From a virus: a stretch of DNA of 61,191 bases. Location: positions 1-61,191 of the IMG/VR virus record IMGVR_UViG_3300033150_001094; one strand, written 5' to 3'. Positions 8,247-14,448 of the stretch are shown here, piece by piece. Position numbers and translations under genes: made by a program. The notes below the pieces were generated by a model. The model was not told the origin of the DNA and did not search any database. It saw only the letters and a program-made list of their open reading frames with translations. The stretch's first letter is position 1. Each line of letters opens with the position of its first letter.

Positions 8247-8296
8247 TTTGTGTCTCCTTGTGCTAGTGTTTGCCCCCTACCACCATTTGTCTGCGG

Positions 8297-8313
8297 GTAA
8301 GATTGGTGCGGGA
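8297..8313 (-). promoter_or_regulatory. conserved promoter-like motif, copy A
   Basis: The minus strand reads TCCCGCACCAATCTTAC, 51 nt upstream of the cassette A ATG. Confidence 0.55.
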
Positions 8314-8347
8314 TTTTTCCCGTTGGTGGGGGCGTCCACCAACACAT

Positions 8348-8377
8348 AAAAAACCCCACCCGAACATATGTCCGGGT
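8348..8377 (-). terminator. intrinsic terminator of cassette B
   Basis: Minus strand has ACCCGGAC-AUAU-GUUCGGGU followed by a U6 run. Confidence 0.7.
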
Positions 8378-8406
8378 AGGGCTGGCAGGAGGATATGAAG
8401 AAAACA

Positions 8407-8667
8407 TTACAACAACCCAGCCAAAACAAGTGCCGACACCACAGAGTGCGTCATGCAGTTTTCGCACCAGCCAGCGCGCTGGTCCGGTTCGTAATAGTAA
8501 ACCGTCCGGCACAGCCTACAGATTGCCGGAACAACAGTGTCATCCTCATACAGATACAGTTCACACAGCTCGTCAAGGGATTCATACCCCTCGGTTTCCA
8601 GCAGTTCTTCCAGTAAACTCCTCCTTATTTCCTGTTTTGCTCTTTGAAGTTCTTTTTTGGTAACCAT
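8407..8667 (-). CDS. cassette B protein (86 aa, zinc-ribbon-like)
   Basis: MVTKKELQRAKQEI... with CRLC...CENC. SD is AAAGGAGAAAGCC-ATG. The longer ORF-track version (to 8928) would run through the promoter and terminator repeats. Confidence 0.6.
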   Translation of the reverse strand: MVTKKELQRAKQEIRRSLLEELLETEGYESLDELCELYLYEDDTVVPAICRLCRTVYYYEPDQRAGWCENCMTHSVVSALVLAGLL

Positions 8668-8719
8668 GGCTTTCTCCTTTGTCTTGAATCTTGCCCCTCC
8701 TGCCACTATTGCTGAGCGA

Positions 8720-8736
8720 GCAAGATTGGTGCGGGA
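8720..8736 (-). promoter_or_regulatory. conserved promoter-like motif, copy B
   Basis: TCCCGCACCAATCTTGC, 53 nt upstream of the ATG at 8667. Confidence 0.55.
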
Positions 8737-8866
8737 TTCTTGCCGTCGACAGGGGGCTTGCCGCCGCTTGCCTGCCTCCACCGCGTGTACGGCACTCGTC
8801 ACAATTCGAGCAACTGTTTCCCCATAAAGGGTTCGCCAACTGGCCGCCTGGTCTATCCGGGCGCGC

Positions 8867-8904
8867 AAAAAAACGCCCCGCCCAAGCAACCGCCTGGGCA
8901 GGGC
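8867..8904 (-). terminator. intrinsic terminator of cassette C
   Basis: A 10-bp stem (GCCCUGCCCA / UGGGCGGGGC) is followed by GUUUUUUUGCGCGC. Confidence 0.7.
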
Positions 8905-8924
8905 TGGCAGGGGGAAAGCTGTTG

Positions 8925-9155
8925 TCATTTGTCAAACTCTACAAATCCAGTATCTGTTGGCCAATAGGTGCCTGAACAGCACTCTTTGATTCGCCTGTAT
9001 TCCACCCGCCATTTTAGGTGTCTGTCGCCATAATCGGGTGCAAGCGTTAGAACTACTTTTGCCAAATCTCTTTTGGTCGGCTTTTTTTGCCACTCCCAAG
9101 CTCGGTCATCTAGGACCAAGCCAGTCTGTGCATCAGTAATGACCAAGTAATACAT
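8925..9155 (-). CDS. cassette C protein (76 aa, hypothetical)
   Basis: MYYLVITDAQTG... with SD AAAGGAGGGAAAA-ATG. Confidence 0.6.
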   Translation of the reverse strand: MYYLVITDAQTGLVLDDRAWEWQKKPTKRDLAKVVLTLAPDYGDRHLKWRVEYRRIKECCSGTYWPTDTGFVEFDK

Positions 9156-9204
9156 TTTTCCCTCCTTTGTCTTTTCTTTGCCCCCTGCCACCATTTCTGA
9201 GCAA

Positions 9205-9221
9205 GCAAGATTGGTGCGGGA
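9205..9221 (-). promoter_or_regulatory. conserved promoter-like motif, copy C
   Basis: TCCCGCACCAATCTTGC, 50 nt upstream of the ATG at 9155. Confidence 0.55.
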
Positions 9222-9350
9222 TGCTTGCCGTTGGTCGAGCAGCATCACCCAACACAGCATCGCTTGCCGCGCCTGCCGCCTCAAACCAACTGACGACTGA
9301 CCTTTCCACATCTAGGTTCCACAACTGGCCTGCCGCACGGATGCGCGCAC

Positions 9351-9386
9351 AAAAAAACCCTGGCCGGATTGTAGTGCCGACCAGGG
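9351..9386 (-). terminator. intrinsic terminator of cassette D
   Basis: A CCCUGG...CCAGGG hairpin is followed by UUUUUUUGUGCGCGC. Confidence 0.7.
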
Positions 9387-9406
9387 CGCGCGTGCGGCAA
9401 AGACAG

Positions 9407-9721
9407 CTAGTCCGCCTGCGACTCGGAGGTGAGGATCGAATGCAGGTTGGCGAAGATCGGCGTGGCGTGCCTGCCCACGCTGCAGGGAATCAGATCGCCA
9501 CCAACCTCCAGGTAGCTGCGCCCCCTCACCCTCACAAGCGTACCACCCAGCACGCTTGCGGCGAAACCCAGAGCCTCGGTGTAGATGCGCTCGGACAGGT
9601 GCTCTGGTTTCGCGCTGATGGTGATTGAGTCGGAATCAATGTTGACTATAAGACTTTCGCCAACATAGACTCCCAACCGACCAGGACGCCACTTCAGATG
9701 CGTGTTCTTTGGGATATACAT
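9407..9721 (-). CDS. cassette D protein (104 aa), possibly AbrB/SpoVT-like fold
   Basis: MYIPKNTHLKW...SLIVNIDSDSITISAKPE...VRVRGRSYLEVGGDLIP. It is a paralogue of cassette E. SD is GGAGGTCAAGGTC-ATG. Confidence 0.6.
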   Translation of the reverse strand: MYIPKNTHLKWRPGRLGVYVGESLIVNIDSDSITISAKPEHLSERIYTEALGFAASVLGGTLVRVRGRSYLEVGGDLIPCSVGRHATPIFANLHSILTSESQAD

Positions 9722-9807
9722 GACCTTGACCTCCAACACGAGTGTGTCGGCCACCCACAGCCCCCTATGGGCTGTTGAACAGCAGCCGAGACAACATGTT
9801 GACGCAG

Positions 9808-9824
9808 GCAAGATCAGTGCGGGA
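9808..9824 (-). promoter_or_regulatory. conserved promoter-like motif, copy D
   Basis: TCCCGCACTGATCTTGC, 87 nt upstream of the ATG at 9721. Confidence 0.5.
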
Positions 9825-9828
9825 AACA

Positions 9829-10272
9829 TCACGCTGCCACCAAACCGAGCAGCCACGCACCCGCCGACGGCAGCGGGCACCGCACATCGGCGGTGCACAA
9901 CTGGCCTGCCAGACCACATGCCTGGCCAGCCCATCGGCGCAAAAAAACATCCGAGCGTGCCGAAGCACGCCCGGATTTGTGCCCTGCGGCCAGATCACGC
10001 GTCGGCCAGCTGCACTCGTGGTCACCCGGCGTCGCGGGGATGAGCTGCCCGTCCAGCTCCATGTAGCTCCGCCCCCGGACACGAACCACTTGGCCACCCA
10101 ACACCACGGCCGCCAAATTCAACGTCTCGTTGTAAATCCGGTCCGAGACCTCAGGCGGTTTGGGCACGATCACAAGCCCATCCCGTGTCGCGGTCACAAT
10201 CGGCTGCCCAGATGCACGCACTTGCATTGCGGCAGCACCCCACTGAACACTCGAGCCCTTGGGAATGTACAT
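9829..10272 (-). CDS. cassette E protein (paralogue of D); the ORF has no stop before its own terminator
   Basis: MYIPKGSSVQW...VRVRGRSYMELDGQLIP aligns with cassette D for about 80 aa. The frame then stays open through the terminator hairpin to 9829. Confidence 0.5.
   Translation of the reverse strand: MYIPKGSSVQWGAAAMQVRASGQPIVTATRDGLVIVPKPPEVSDRIYNETLNLAAVVLGGQVVRVRGRSYMELDGQLIPATPGDHECSWPTRDLAAGHKSGRASARSDVFLRRWAGQACGLAGQLCTADVRCPLPSAGAWLLGLVAA
9941..9976 (-). terminator. intrinsic terminator of cassette E (lies inside the open frame)
   Basis: AUCCGGGCGUGC-UUCG-GCACGCUCGGAU is followed by GUUUUUUUGCGCC. Confidence 0.65.
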
Positions 10273-10345
10273 GACCGAATCCCCTACATGCGTTGCAACC
10301 CACCGCGGGCTGCCGACCAGCAGCCAACTCACTATGCCCACGCAA

Positions 10346-10362
10346 ACAGGATTGGTGCGGGA
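10346..10362 (-). promoter_or_regulatory. conserved promoter-like motif, copy E
   Basis: TCCCGCACCAATCCTGT, 74 nt upstream of the ATG at 10272. Confidence 0.5.
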
Positions 10363-10630
10363 ATCCCAAACAACATGCCACCACAGACGCCCATGCCTAA
10401 AAATTGAGCACGCCCATGTTCGCCACACATCTGTGTGGCCACAACTGGCAACCACCCCACCGTTGCACCTAAACCCTTGCAGGCAAAGCACTTAGCCGCG
10501 GCCACGACCACGCCCCCTATCGGAAAGGTTGGACATTTGCGTACCCGTTGGTGGGGTGTTTTACCGGGATTTCGGATACCAATCCGCCAAAACGTGTCCA
10601 ACCCTGGGCCACTCACGGGGTGCCCTCGGA

Positions 10631-10679
10631 TTGCGTAATTTTTACGCAAAATGCCCCAAAAGGGTGGGAAAATTGCGTA
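10631..10679. promoter_or_regulatory. TTGCGTAA / TTACGCAA palindrome plus a third half-site
   Basis: TTGCGTAA-TTT-TTACGCAA occupies 10631-10649 and TTGCGTA occupies 10673-10679. The middle arm can pair with either outer arm. Confidence 0.45.
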
Positions 10680-10689
10680 TTTTTTGGGC

Positions 10690-10940
10690 AGATCCCCTGC
10701 GTCACCGCGTAGGGGGTGTGGTATTTGGGCGTTGTTAGGGCCGTTTGGGTGGTTTGGGCGTGGTTAGTTACAACGGGGTGGCGTGGTGAGTTATGGGTGA
10801 GTGGGGGTATGGGGGTATCGAGAGATACTGGGCGCGGGGCGTAGTTGGTGTGATTTGAGGGGTAGGGGCGTAGCGTATCTCGAATCGGGGCGTTTTCTGG
10901 GGCGTGGCAGGTGGGGGAAGCGTGAATGTGGCGCAAAAGA
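10690..10940 (-). repeat. G-depleted (on the minus strand) tract with reiterated ACGCCC / CACACC units
   Basis: The plus strand has only 5-6 C per 60 nt (hand count of lines 10741 and 10801). The minus strand repeats CACGCCCC, ACGCCCCG, CTACGCCCC, ACCACGCC and AACGCCCAAA. Confidence 0.6.
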
Positions 10941-10995
10941 TAGGGGGTAGCCGACATGAAGCCGACCACCCCCACGGGCACGAGGGGAGAACGTG

Positions 10996-11244
10996 TTATC
11001 TGAGGTCACCTGGGTCCACAGCTACTATGAGGGCGTCGCCGTGTGCCCATGCTTTGCGTATCTCATATCCAGGTGCCCTGCGTGTGGTTTGGCACTTCGG
11101 GCCTAGATACTGGTCGCGGACGATCAGGCGTGACTCGGGCAGGGGCGGGCCGTGACCAGAGGGCACCGCGACGTATCCGATCCCCCCGTTCCACCACGCC
11201 AGTGGCCCACGTTCAATCCAGTATATGTCAAAAGTTCTTTTCAT
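10996..11244 (-). CDS. hypothetical protein (82 aa)
   Basis: MKRTFDIYWIERGPLAWWNGGIGYVAVPSGHG... The start overlaps the upstream stop (ATGA). Confidence 0.5.
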   Translation of the reverse strand: MKRTFDIYWIERGPLAWWNGGIGYVAVPSGHGPPLPESRLIVRDQYLGPKCQTTRRAPGYEIRKAWAHGDALIVAVDPGDLR

Positions 11245-11368
11245 GCGTCACCCTCCGTGCTGGTGGAGATGTCGCTGGGTTCGTGCCCGTTCGGGGTTCG
11301 CCCGTTTCTGCCGGGCACCGGAGCGTGCCGTCTTCAAGAATGACAATCTCAAACGTGTCGTTGGCCAT
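11228..11368 (-). CDS. hypothetical small protein (46 aa)
   Basis: MANDTFEIVILEDGTLRCP... is the internal Met of ORF 11228..11743. Tentative. Confidence 0.3.
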   Translation of the reverse strand: MANDTFEIVILEDGTLRCPAETGEPRTGTNPATSPPARRVTHEKNF

Positions 11369-11372
11369 TGCG

Positions 11373-11678
11373 TTACCTCCTTGTGACGAGGAGCTTTCTA
11401 CCTTGGCGGCGAACCCTCCACCCGCGGGCACGGGCAGTTCGCTCAACCAAGCGTTCCGAATACCGTTGCTGAACCTGGCGGACGCGTTCGACGCAGTCCC
11501 GCTCAACTTCCGCGTTGTCACCGCGAATGGTGGCGATGACACGCCCACCGTCGATAAACTGAATGACACCCGCGACCACGCGGGTGTCCAGCCCCACATC
11601 CTTGGCGGCCGCCACGATTTCTCTGGCGTTTTTCTGCCGCCACTCAACCCGCACTGTGTTGATTTCCCAACACGGCAT
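11373..11678 (-). CDS. hypothetical protein (101 aa)
   Basis: MPCWEINTVRVEWRQKNAREIVAAAKDVGLD... The Arg-rich C-terminal tail may be out of frame. Confidence 0.45.
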   Translation of the reverse strand: MPCWEINTVRVEWRQKNAREIVAAAKDVGLDTRVVAGVIQFIDGGRVIATIRGDNAEVERDCVERVRQVQQRYSERLVERTARARGWRVRRQGRKLLVTRR

Positions 11679-11681
11679 GCT

Positions 11682-11924
11682 TCACCCCTTTCTCTTTTGC
11701 AGTGCCACGATTCTCGCCACGTACTCCAGCCAGAGCAGAGCACGTTTCACCCTGCGGCGCGGGATGGCCGCACCGTCCAACCACGAAGACAACAACAACC
11801 GCGCTTGAAACGTGCGCGGCCCCCGATCCGCGCAGCCGTGGGTGTAATCAAGAACTCGCGCAGCGCGCTCTTTGAGTTTCATGCGGGGGCAGCCGATGCA
11901 GCGCCACTCCACGGCCATTGCCAT
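11682..11924 (-). CDS. hypothetical protein (80 aa)
   Basis: Has a CIGC...HGC cluster and a basic helical C-terminus. Confidence 0.4.
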   Translation of the reverse strand: MAMAVEWRCIGCPRMKLKERAARVLDYTHGCADRGPRTFQARLLLSSWLDGAAIPRRRVKRALLWLEYVARIVALQKRKG

Positions 11925-11995
11925 TCTCCTTGTTTGGCCGAGCCCCCGCGCGACTCGGCACCCCGTGATTCCCGGCGCGGGCGGGATACTAACCG

Positions 11996-12832
11996 TCAGA
12001 CCTCGAAAGTCCGCCGCTCGGCAGGCAGGATTTCCACGGCGTTGCCGAGCACGCGGCCGAGTTCGTCACTCAAGCTTGAGAGCTGCGCTGGGCTCGTGCG
12101 CAGCGTTTCGGGTGCCACACCAGAGATGAGATTTCGGGCGCGGCGCACCAAGTCCGCCAACTCTTCGTCGTCCGTTACGTTGCGGACATCGAAGAGCCGG
12201 AGCCATTCGCGTAGCACATTGAATGTGCCACTAGTGATCCGCTCCGTTTCGCCACGCTTCACCTTGTCCAGGCGCGTCTTCAGCTCCGCGACGGCCTGAG
12301 CGAAACCGGCACGCAGCCCCTCGCGGATTTCCTCAACCACGCTGTCGAATTGCCGGCGCGATTCAGGATCGGGTGCCGGCGCGAACTGGTAGATCGACGC
12401 CAACACTTCAAACTTGTTGGCGTACTCTTCGGGGTCGGCGTAGTCCGACCAGTCAAACAAGTCGCCCAATCTGCGTTGGGCGTCCTGGCGGATATCATCC
12501 CACTCTGCCAACAACATTGAGCGGGCACGCTGAAAGTCCATGCGCGCCTGCTCCAACTCAGTATCCACAATCTCCCTGGCGTCCTGCGGAAACACGTGGA
12601 CAGCCGGCCCCAAGTTGTACACAGCCAGCTGCCCGATTCTCTTGCGGGCACGTCTGGCGGCCCCCCTAGCATACGCCACCGCACTAGCCCGCATCACCTC
12701 TTTCGATGCGTGCAGGCTGGTGCGATCCGCAGCGTTAGCATCGGCGGCCTCCTCTGCCGCCTTGCGGGCGGTCCGCCATTCAGCAGGCACACGGAACCGC
12801 AGATGAAGAACATTCATCGGTCGGTACATCAT
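11996..12832 (-). CDS. hypothetical helical protein (278 aa) downstream of the AAA+ gene
   Basis: Long acidic and helical ORF. No family assigned with confidence. Confidence 0.6.
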   Translation of the reverse strand: MMYRPMNVLHLRFRVPAEWRTARKAAEEAADANAADRTSLHASKEVMRASAVAYARGAARRARKRIGQLAVYNLGPAVHVFPQDAREIVDTELEQARMDFQRARSMLLAEWDDIRQDAQRRLGDLFDWSDYADPEEYANKFEVLASIYQFAPAPDPESRRQFDSVVEEIREGLRAGFAQAVAELKTRLDKVKRGETERITSGTFNVLREWLRLFDVRNVTDDEELADLVRRARNLISGVAPETLRTSPAQLSSLSDELGRVLGNAVEILPAERRTFEV

Positions 12833-12840
12833 ACGTCCTC

Positions 12841-13176
12841 CTACACATCGAGGGCACGCCCCGTGTTCGGCCGGGGCTTGCGATACAAACCAGGCACGGA
12901 CGCCGACAGGTAACGCCCGTCAGCCTCCGTGCGCCTACGCTCAATTCCCTCCGGATCGGCCACAGCCACCGGCGTAACGAATTTGGCGGCTGCTTCCAGC
13001 GAGAGTTCCAGCTCCCACGCCGTTTGACAGCACGCCTTGATCTCGGCGGCCGTCCACGACGCGTGCTTTGGCTTGGGCTGTTCGCCCAAGCCGTACTGGC
13101 TTGCCGTCGGACAGTTCGGAAATGACTGCCAACGCCTGCGCCACCCGCCCCTCGGTTTGACCGACCAACGATCCAT
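12841..13176 (-). CDS. AAA+ lid-like C-terminal fragment (different frame from 12941..13534)
   Basis: ...SWTAAEIKACCQTAWELELSLEAAAKFV... looks like the SGAEI-type lid helix. The N-terminal third of this ORF is out-of-frame overlap. Confidence 0.4.
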   Translation of the reverse strand: MDRWSVKPRGGWRRRWQSFPNCPTASQYGLGEQPKPKHASWTAAEIKACCQTAWELELSLEAAAKFVTPVAVADPEGIERRRTEADGRYLSASVPGLYRKPRPNTGRALDV

Positions 13177-13534
13177 AGAGCGCCGCTAGGTCAAACTGAA
13201 TCGTCAAGACGCCGGCACTCGCGCCAGCCGCCTTGCACACTAGCGACTTGCCCGTTCCGGGGTGCCCAAGAAAAAGCACCCCGGAACTTTCGGTATCCTG
13301 CATATAGCTAAGCAACCTGCCAAGCACCCGCTGAGAGGTGCCAGACGTGTCGGAAGTCCCGGACGTGGCGCCAGCCATGGCTTTTTCGATTTCGTCGATG
13401 AACACGACGGCCTTGTAACCCCCGCGGCCGGTCAGTTTTCGTTCCAGATACTCTTTGACGTTGGCAAGCCCCACCACGTCAGAGAGTGTCTCGCGGGGCT
13501 CGTAGATGGAAAGACCCGCGGTATCCTTCACCAT
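12941..13534 (-). CDS. AAA+ ATPase core with Walker B placed upstream of Walker A; C-terminus runs out of frame
   Basis: DVVGLANVKEYL, then KAVVFIDEIEKAMAG..SGTSQRVLGRLLSYMQD, then GVLFLGHPGTGKSLVCKAAG...LVGQTEGRVAQAL. The last ~55 aa are low-complexity. Confidence 0.6.
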   Translation of the reverse strand: MVKDTAGLSIYEPRETLSDVVGLANVKEYLERKLTGRGGYKAVVFIDEIEKAMAGATSGTSDTSGTSQRVLGRLLSYMQDTESSGVLFLGHPGTGKSLVCKAAGASAGVLTIQFDLAALYGSLVGQTEGRVAQALAVISELSDGKPVRLGRTAQAKARVVDGRRDQGVLSNGVGAGTLAGSSRQIRYAGGCGRSGGN

Positions 13535-14175
13535 CCGGGGTCAATCCCGTTCGTGGCCTGCCTCAGAGCAATTGCCGCGTGTTGCTCCGCGGCAAACGCA
13601 GGCAGGCCGCGCAGCAGCTCTACCGCCTGCGCGATCTGGTCGTCAGACGGAGACTGCCGCTGCACCTCCGCGCCGTTTTTGCGCGCCTCTTCGTAGGCGC
13701 GCCGCAAGGATTCGTCCAGTTCCCTGATCATCTGCCGGAGCTGTTGCCGCGTTGGTAACGGCAAAGGCGCCGTGACGACATCCGTGCTTTCCAGGCATGG
13801 GAGCGGCGCCCAGTAGGGCGTCGCAAAGATAATCATTACACCCGCGCGCTTTAGAGTGTCGCGCGCGGCCCAGAATGCTGTACAACCCGCCGCCCCAAGC
13901 TCTTCAAGTAGAGCCCGCGCGTGCGGAATCACAATGATCGTCCGGCGCGGCATCCTGGCCGCCAACGCCGGAAGAGCCGTCAGGTCACCGCCGAGTGCAT
14001 CGAACTCAGCGACAATCGACGCCCCCTCGTCCGTCACCGGCCTGGCGCCGGTGATTGGATCGTACATGACCACTGGCGCGTCGTCATAAATCGACGCGTC
14101 AGCAAGCGCGCCGGGATCGGGCGTCTCCACCGCCAACAGTGGCACGCCCGATTTCCTGTAGCTAACAACGTCCAT
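13528..14175 (-). CDS. degenerate AAA-like N-terminal domain protein
   Basis: GVPLLAVETPDPG (degenerate P-loop position), RRTIIVIPH, GVMIIFATP...LPLPTRQQLRQMI, and a lid-like LRGLPAFAAEQHAAIALRQA. Confidence 0.5.
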   Translation of the reverse strand: MDVVSYRKSGVPLLAVETPDPGALADASIYDDAPVVMYDPITGARPVTDEGASIVAEFDALGGDLTALPALAARMPRRTIIVIPHARALLEELGAAGCTAFWAARDTLKRAGVMIIFATPYWAPLPCLESTDVVTAPLPLPTRQQLRQMIRELDESLRRAYEEARKNGAEVQRQSPSDDQIAQAVELLRGLPAFAAEQHAAIALRQATNGIDPGW

Positions 14176-14250
14176 CCCCTATAAATAAAGCTGTCTGGCC
14201 GAAGTGGGGGGTGGCACTAGGCCAGACTATCCCCTACCCCTCAGCAGCAA

Positions 14251-14267
14251 GCAACTATGGTGTGGGA
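14251..14267 (-). promoter_or_regulatory. promoter-like motif facing the AAA+ operon
   Basis: The minus strand reads TCCCACACCATAGTTGC, 76 nt upstream of the ATG at 14175. It abuts the plus-oriented copy back to back. Confidence 0.45.
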
Positions 14268-14286
14268 TTCCACGCACAATCTCGCG
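14268..14286 (+). promoter_or_regulatory. promoter-like motif, plus-oriented
   Basis: TTCCACGCACAATCTCGCG. Confidence 0.4.
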
Positions 14287-14371
14287 TGGGGCGCCGGGCG
14301 GACCGAAGCACCCGATAGCTGCCGGCGGCCATCCACTCAACTGGCCGTAGAACACAACTGGCCCACACTAT

Positions 14372-14391
14372 TCCACCACACCAACCTTGCC
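14372..14391 (+). promoter_or_regulatory. promoter-like motif, plus-oriented, upstream of the beta-solenoid operon
   Basis: TCCACCACACCAACCTTGCC, 42-58 nt upstream of the candidate starts. Confidence 0.45.
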
Positions 14392-14448
14392 TCCTGCTGA
14401 TTGTTGCTGGCCCTAGAAGAAAGGAGTGAAACATGCTGGCCTATTGTT

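Noticed and set aside
8407-9311. Long versions of cassette B and C ORFs (8407..8928 and 8925..9311).
   Set aside because: The N-terminal extensions would be translated from the conserved promoter-like repeats and terminator hairpins. Internal Mets with strong SDs give compact genes that fit the cassette pattern.
8297-10362. The shared motif CGCAC-N5-TTGC resembles a sigma54 promoter (TGGCAC-N5-TTGC).
   Set aside because: The near-invariant GG of the -24 element is CG in every copy. The TTGC element is not conserved (TTAC, CTGT and TCGC variants). No enhancer-binding protein is evident.
10613-10981. A 122-aa P/T/H-rich minus-strand ORF in the G-depleted tract.
   Set aside because: It is low-complexity and has no SD. 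It stays open only because stop codons are rare in this composition. I treat it as non-coding repeat DNA, with some residual doubt.
11043-12299. A 418-aa plus-strand ORF, and similar long ORFs such as 3113..4090(-), 4690..5463(-), 20175..20867(+), 22556..23260(+) and 42303..43139(+).
   Set aside because: They lie antisense to, or out of frame with, genes that have clear motifs. They are Arg/Pro/Ser-rich, as is typical of shadow ORFs in GC-rich DNA.
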